From Candidatus Methanoperedens sp. (GTDB lineage: Archaea; Halobacteriota; Methanosarcinia; Methanosarcinales; Methanoperedenaceae): a DNA stretch of 32,000 nucleotides. The stretch is from NCBI GenBank assembly GCA_027460535.1, contig JAPZAR010000027.1, forward strand, positions 1 to 32,000, written 5' to 3'. Both the position numbers and the translations under genes were made by a program. Of the stretch, positions 27,586 to 32,000 are shown piece by piece (position 1 is the stretch's first letter; each line of letters opens with the position of its first letter). The notes beneath the pieces are model-generated. The model was given only the letters and a program-made list of their open reading frames with translations, did no database searches and was not told where the DNA came from.

Positions 27586-27707
27586 TGATTTTGATCCTCA
27601 TAAATATATCTTATTATTATCTTGAAGCTATTTAATTACAAATTATAGAGCACTCTATATACAAAACTTTGGAGAGCGGAGTGAAAGTATTTTCTCTTAA
27701 TTATAAT

Positions 27708-27737
27708 ATCTGCGTTCATCCGCGTTCATCTGCAGTC
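27708..27737 (+). repeat. Second copy of the atctgcgttcatcYgYgttcatctgc motif
   Basis: 24 of its first 26 nt match 11715-11740. It lies 20 nt beyond the truncated mazF stop. Confidence 0.85.
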
Positions 27738-27757
27738 ATAATATCATCTCCTCTTCT

Positions 27758-27928
27758 TTAGATAACCTTTTCTAAGCTTGAAGTGATAGGAAGAATGGTT
27801 ACAGTTTCAGCCAATTCATTATTAATATCGTTTGAAATTACAACGGCAGGTCTGGTTTTCCCAATCTCAGATCCTTCAATTGGGTCGAGTTTGACCCAAT
27901 AAATATTACCCCTTTTAATCAATTCCAT
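27758..27928 (-). pseudogene. mazF: MazF/PemK-like toxin, C-terminally truncated
   Basis: The sequence MELIKRGNIYWVKLDPIEGSEIGKTRPAVVISND...ILPITSSLEKVI stops at about 56 aa. Family members run to about 110 aa, so the C-terminal half is absent. Confidence 0.6.
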
Positions 27929-28138
27929 CTCCAGAGGTTGAATCCCATTCAAGAGCAAGCTTCTTATCCTCTGGCCTTCTCAGACTATAACCTTCGCTTA
28001 ATTCTTTTACGAGAGTCAATTTTTCTTCTTTCTCGATCCTTTCTTTGATCGCTTCGGCCATGAAGGCAGATTTATTCTTAACATTTTTTAACATTTCTGC
28101 AATCTCTGCCTGCAAGTTATGATTCTAATTGTATTCAT
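27915..28138 (-). pseudogene. RHH-type antitoxin, apparently frameshifted
   Basis: ATG 28138 opens MNTIRII (the RHH beta-strand) in one frame. The helices (AEIAEMLKNV...KSAFMAEAIKERI) continue in the frame of track ORF 27915..28115, which begins with TTG. Confidence 0.4.
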
Positions 28139-28225
28139 TATAGACCTCAATCGATGCATTATTGGCCTGTATGAATGATGTATTTAAAGATGCCTTCCAG
28201 CATTATAAAAAAAATAAAAACAGTC

Positions 28226-29566
28226 TCACCTCCCCTTCTCCAGCTTCCTCACCGCAAAATCCGCCGCCTTGTTCAGTGCATCATAATTCTCCGCCACCAT
28301 GGGGCAGTAAGCCATCTCGGTCTGGCTGAGAGCATACACATCCATTCCGCATTTTATTGCAATGGATAGCACGTTCACGCGCGCCCCTGCACTCTCGCCT
28401 ATAACCTGCCCTCCCAGTAACTTGCCGGTCTTTGCATCCGCGATTATTTTGACCGTAATATCTTTTGCGCCGGGATAATACTCTGGCTTGTTCTTTCCTC
28501 GTGCCTTTCCCGAGATCACTTTGTATCCTGCGGCCTCAGCGAAGAACTCACTGAAACCTGTTGCTCCCACTTCCATATCACCGATAAGCGAAACATAAGT
28601 GGATAGCGCCCCCTCGTATGTATCATACCCGCCTGCGGCATTCGTGCCCGCCACCATCCCCTGCCTGTATGCCGCTGAGGAGAGCTGCATCATCGTTGGC
28701 CTGTGGTTTATGAGACTTACGGTCTCGATGCAATCGCCCACGGCGTAGATATCCTTGATATTCGTCTCCATCCTCGCATTCGTCCTGATGCCCCATTTCC
28801 CTATCTCGATCCCCGCATTTTTTGCCAGCTCAAAGTTCGCTCTCACACCCGAAGCGAGGATGACCATATCCGTGCCCATAACTTCCTCACCTACTGTAAC
28901 TGATTCTATAGGAGCGCCGTTTATACTGCTCACGCTTTTATTCATCACCAGTTTTATCCCTTTTCCTGCAAGCGATTCTTCAACTATTTTTGCCATATCC
29001 CGGTCAAGTGCGCGGGGCAGGGCATATGAAAGCATCTCGACCACAGTTACATCAAGACCTTTTTTCAACAAAGCGACAGCGATCTCAAGACCTATAGGCC
29101 CCGCGCCCACTACCACTGCTTTTTTGGATTCCTCAGCATGCTCCATGATTTTCTGGGCACTCTCAAGGTCGTGAAGCACAAAAACGCCTTTACCGACATT
29201 TTCCTGTGCCCCCTTAACCGGTGGGATGAATGGCGCCGCACCTGTTGCTAATATGAGCGAGTCGTATGGGACCGATGCGGTTTCCAGGGTCTTCAGGTTC
29301 TTTACTACGACTTTTTTCTCTGCTGTAATTATTGCCTGCGCTTCATGCTCAAGAAGTTTTGTTATTTGTTTATCTGTTGGCAAAGAGAATTTGAGATCAT
29401 CAAGACTCACGATCCCTTCTATCGCAAAAGGCATACCGCAGGGGGAAAACATCTCGTACGATCTTTTCTCGATAATTGTTATTGAAGCATCAGGGTTCGT
29501 TCTCCGTATCGCAAGAGAGGCTGCAAAACCTCCACTTCCAAGACCTAAAATTATTACTTTCGGCAT
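28226..29566 (-). CDS. Pyridine nucleotide-disulfide oxidoreductase (CoA-disulfide reductase / NADH oxidase family)
   Basis: It carries GLGSGGFAA (FAD), the redox Cys context FSPCGMPF, VVGAGPIGLE (NAD) and AVGDC. The start is trimmed to MPKVIILG (ATG 29566). Confidence 0.85.
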   Translation of the reverse strand: MPKVIILGLGSGGFAASLAIRRTNPDASITIIEKRSYEMFSPCGMPFAIEGIVSLDDLKFSLPTDKQITKLLEHEAQAIITAEKKVVVKNLKTLETASVPYDSLILATGAAPFIPPVKGAQENVGKGVFVLHDLESAQKIMEHAEESKKAVVVGAGPIGLEIAVALLKKGLDVTVVEMLSYALPRALDRDMAKIVEESLAGKGIKLVMNKSVSSINGAPIESVTVGEEVMGTDMVILASGVRANFELAKNAGIEIGKWGIRTNARMETNIKDIYAVGDCIETVSLINHRPTMMQLSSAAYRQGMVAGTNAAGGYDTYEGALSTYVSLIGDMEVGATGFSEFFAEAAGYKVISGKARGKNKPEYYPGAKDITVKIIADAKTGKLLGGQVIGESAGARVNVLSIAIKCGMDVYALSQTEMAYCPMVAENYDALNKAADFAVRKLEKGR

Positions 29567-29676
29567 AATTGGTTCATTTCCGGCTGACTTATTATAACCT
29601 TCCGATTGCCCATTCGGCAGATCAGACATTAGCAGAGAAGTGGCGGATAAAACAGTTAAACGTCCCGCAGCTTCAG

Positions 29677-30585
29677 TTATTCAGCGTATTTCAGGACGTC
29701 GCTGATCGTTTCGACATATTCCACAGTTATTCCTATGTTTTTCTCTATGTATTCCTTTGCGTCAATTGTTTCCGGTACCTGCTCGATTACGGTTATACCA
29801 TAATAGTTTCTCCTGCTTTCGGTGTACTGAACGAGCCTGCTATTCCCTTTCGGAAGAAGGATCAAGGTTTTCCCGCTTTCTTTCGCTGCCTTTGCCTTTT
29901 CGATAACTCCCCCGATTTCCCCGACTTGACCGTACTGGTCTATCGTACCTGTCAATGTCAAGCTGTTTTGTACCTTCTGGTTCTCAAGGGCTGAGATCAC
30001 GAGCAGGGTCATCAAAGCGCCCGCGCTTGGCCCGTCCACCTCAGGGATTTCCCCCTGTGCCTCGATGGAGAAGATCATGTCGCTGCCCGAAAGGTCCTTC
30101 CCGGTTCTATTCTGTGCTACAAAGACCGCGGTATTGGCTGCATCCTGGAAAACAACGCCCATAAGAGGCCTGGTCTGAACCAGAACCCTTCCTTTCCCCG
30201 GCCGTATCTCAACCGAGATATTCATCATGGAACCTTCCTCCACGATAGTCTGCCTCACAAAAGGATAATCATTTACATATTCGACCTTTTGCATCACCGC
30301 AGGCGCCTGAAGCTCGGCCGATCCCTGCAATCCGGTGGGAGTATTGTTCAGCCTGCCGTCAAGATACGCTATCCTTTTCCTGTAGAGATCAAGCTGTGAT
30401 GCGTAGTTCTGGATGGAGAGATTGTCGCTGTGAACCTGCATGCTCAGGTCTGCATTAACCTTTTCAAGCTTGTTTATCCGGTCATTCAGCAGGCTTAGGT
30501 CTTTTTGCGCTGGCTGGCTCATGACCAGATAGAAATTTGTCATAATTGATAAAATAAGCAAAACTGTCAGGATCCTGCTTTTCAT
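29677..30585 (-). CDS. Membrane-anchored Lon-like (S16) protease domain protein, no AAA+ module
   Basis: An N-terminal TM and coiled coil precede the catalytic Ser context VDGPSAGALM. A downstream Lys lies in GGVIEKAKAAKESG. Confidence 0.8.
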   Translation of the reverse strand: MKSRILTVLLILSIMTNFYLVMSQPAQKDLSLLNDRINKLEKVNADLSMQVHSDNLSIQNYASQLDLYRKRIAYLDGRLNNTPTGLQGSAELQAPAVMQKVEYVNDYPFVRQTIVEEGSMMNISVEIRPGKGRVLVQTRPLMGVVFQDAANTAVFVAQNRTGKDLSGSDMIFSIEAQGEIPEVDGPSAGALMTLLVISALENQKVQNSLTLTGTIDQYGQVGEIGGVIEKAKAAKESGKTLILLPKGNSRLVQYTESRRNYYGITVIEQVPETIDAKEYIEKNIGITVEYVETISDVLKYAE

Positions 30586-30668
30586 GAAATACGATTAACG
30601 GATTGGATTATAATATTTTCGATTAGGCACCCATTATTTTTTTATACGAACATTGCTTTTTTGATGGC

Positions 30669-30968
30669 ATGAGTAAAATTATACCATCTGATGTGAAAAA
30701 AGGGATCCATAAGTCCAGGGGAGGACTCATAAGGTCATTCTTAACAACTGAAAAAGGGATTATCAAGGACATATCTATCTCAGGGGATTTTTTTTTGTTC
30801 CCTGAGGAGGCTTTTTTTAAAATTCTAACGGGATTGAAAGGAATTCCTGCTGCGCGTCTGGAGATACAGCGGAGGATCGAAGAGATATACGAGAAAGAGA
30901 ATATCCAGTCACCGGGTACGACGCCGGCTGATTTCACTGAATCAATAATGAAAGCGCTGGAGGGATGA
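30669..30968 (+). CDS. lplB: Lipoate-protein ligase C-terminal domain protein (LplB-type)
   Basis: It is about 99 aa with ISISGDFFLFPEE, as in split archaeal LplA/LplB. It sits immediately upstream of lplA. Confidence 0.7.
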   Translation: MSKIIPSDVKKGIHKSRGGLIRSFLTTEKGIIKDISISGDFFLFPEEAFFKILTGLKGIPAARLEIQRRIEEIYEKENIQSPGTTPADFTESIMKALEG

Positions 30969-30969
30969 A

Positions 30970-31713
30970 ATGGAAGAGTGGCGCTTCATTGATTTCGGGC
31001 TGGTGGATATACGCGAAATGATGGCAATGGACGAAGCCATATTAAAAGGCAAAGAAGGAAATACCTTCTTTTTCTGGACACCCAGGAAATCCATAATCCT
31101 TGGATTCTTCCAGAAGGCAGAGGTGGAATTGAACCTTGATGAGTGCAGGGATTATACAATCACGAGACGGATAAGCGGGGGTGGTATTGCCTTTTCAGAT
31201 GAGCGGTGCAGGCAGATAAATTACGGCGTAGTAGGGACAATAGACAATGACCACTTCCCGCTTGATATAATAGAATCGTATAAACAGATATGTGGCGTGC
31301 TAATTGACACGCTTGTTCATTATGGGCTGAATGCAGCGTTCCGCCCCATTAACGATGTAGTCGTGGACAACAGGAAAATCTCCGGCAACGCCCAGACAAG
31401 ATGGGAAGGACTGTTGCTCCAGAATGGTACCCTGCTGCTTGATTTTGACATAGAGGAGATGCTTCGGATATCCAATATCCCAAAAGAGAAATTCATTGAT
31501 AAAAAAATAGCTTCCATAAGGGAAGGGCTCACCTGGCTTGACAGGGAACTCGGGGAAGAACGCGACATGGAAGAAGTGAAGGATGTGATGAAGAAAAAAT
31601 TCGAGGAATGCTTTGAGGTAAGATTGAAAACCGGGGCTCTCAGCCCCAGAGAAAAGGAACTTACAAATATGCTTCTGTCGAAATATTACTCTCCCGAATG
31701 GGTATACCGCTGA
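30970..31713 (+). CDS. lplA: Lipoate-protein ligase A catalytic domain
   Basis: Family motifs RRISGGGIAFSD and NRKISGNAQ (catalytic Lys) are present. Confidence 0.85.
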   Translation: MEEWRFIDFGLVDIREMMAMDEAILKGKEGNTFFFWTPRKSIILGFFQKAEVELNLDECRDYTITRRISGGGIAFSDERCRQINYGVVGTIDNDHFPLDIIESYKQICGVLIDTLVHYGLNAAFRPINDVVVDNRKISGNAQTRWEGLLLQNGTLLLDFDIEEMLRISNIPKEKFIDKKIASIREGLTWLDRELGEERDMEEVKDVMKKKFEECFEVRLKTGALSPREKELTNMLLSKYYSPEWVYR

Positions 31714-32000
31714 TGGATTACGATGTCATAATCATAGGTGCGGGGCCGGCCGGGTCAGTTACGGCAACTGCCGTTGCAAAGGCTGGTTATCGCGTACTTG
31801 TGCTTGAAAAAAACCAAAAATGCATGTCCCCCTGTGCGGGGTATATCAGCAACACCATTAATCTTGAGTTGCCTGATCCTTCTGTTATCCAGTCAAAAAT
31901 CACAAAAATGCGCACCTATTCTCCGGATCTCTCTTTTCACGATTTCGATCTGAATGGATTTGTGGTGGACAGACCATCCTTTGACAGGTCACTGGTTGTG
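31713..32000 (+). CDS. FAD-dependent oxidoreductase, geranylgeranyl reductase family (5' partial)
   Basis: It is missing from the ORF track because no stop falls in the window. The ATG overlaps the lplA stop (TGATG). The N-terminus reads MDYDVIIIGAGPAGSVTATAVAKAGYRVLVLEK. Confidence 0.8.
   Translation, partial: MDYDVIIIGAGPAGSVTATAVAKAGYRVLVLEKNQKCMSPCAGYISNTINLELPDPSVIQSKITKMRTYSPDLSFHDFDLNGFVVDRPSFDRSLVV

Noticed and set aside
30623-30937. 104-aa minus-strand ORF opposite lplB
   Set aside because: It is antisense to a gene with clear lipoate-ligase C-terminal domain features and has no motif of its own.
31738-31953. 71-aa plus-strand track ORF
   Set aside because: It is out of frame with the much better supported GGR-family CDS, which starts at 31713 and carries a GxGxxG FAD motif.

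Overview
This looks like an archaeal chromosomal window, probably Methanosarcinales-like. The evidence is an RFC large subunit with a C-terminal PIP box, an archaeal-type riboflavin synthase, a stand-alone GMP synthase amidotransferase subunit and a split LplB/LplA lipoate ligase. Housekeeping blocks are rfcL, an MFS transporter and guaA-A; serA; ribC, a cupin and two tRNAs; a SemiSWEET, an O-methyltransferase and pyrD-pyrK; and a CoADR/NOX-type oxidoreductase, a Lon-like protease, lplB-lplA and a GGR-family oxidoreductase. Two accessory regions interrupt them. (1) At 4.6-14.8 kb, all on the minus strand, lies a type I R-M locus (hsdM, hsdS, hsdR). It is split by passenger modules: a class II Fic protein abutting hsdM, a 460-bp repeat-rich spacer, vapBC, and an MNT nucleotidyltransferase, 44-aa ORF and SEC-C protein tightly packed in front of hsdR. 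A DUF45/M48 metallopeptidase overlaps the hsdR 3' end. (2) At 24.5-27.7 kb lies an AT-rich four-gene island placed 6 nt after pyrK. It holds an unknown 156-aa protein, a candidate PD-(D/E)xK nuclease, a TcmP-like Rossmann protein and a spore-photoproduct-lyase-family radical SAM enzyme. A decayed mazEF module and a short repeat, also present inside the R-M locus, border it. I rank this island as the best candidate for an undescribed nucleic-acid modification/restriction-type system. Other notable items are a 27-bp coding tandem repeat at the window start and a 7TM protein tightly packed with (1-nt gap) a Roadblock/LC7 protein. All calls rest on reading motifs by eye. No database search was run.
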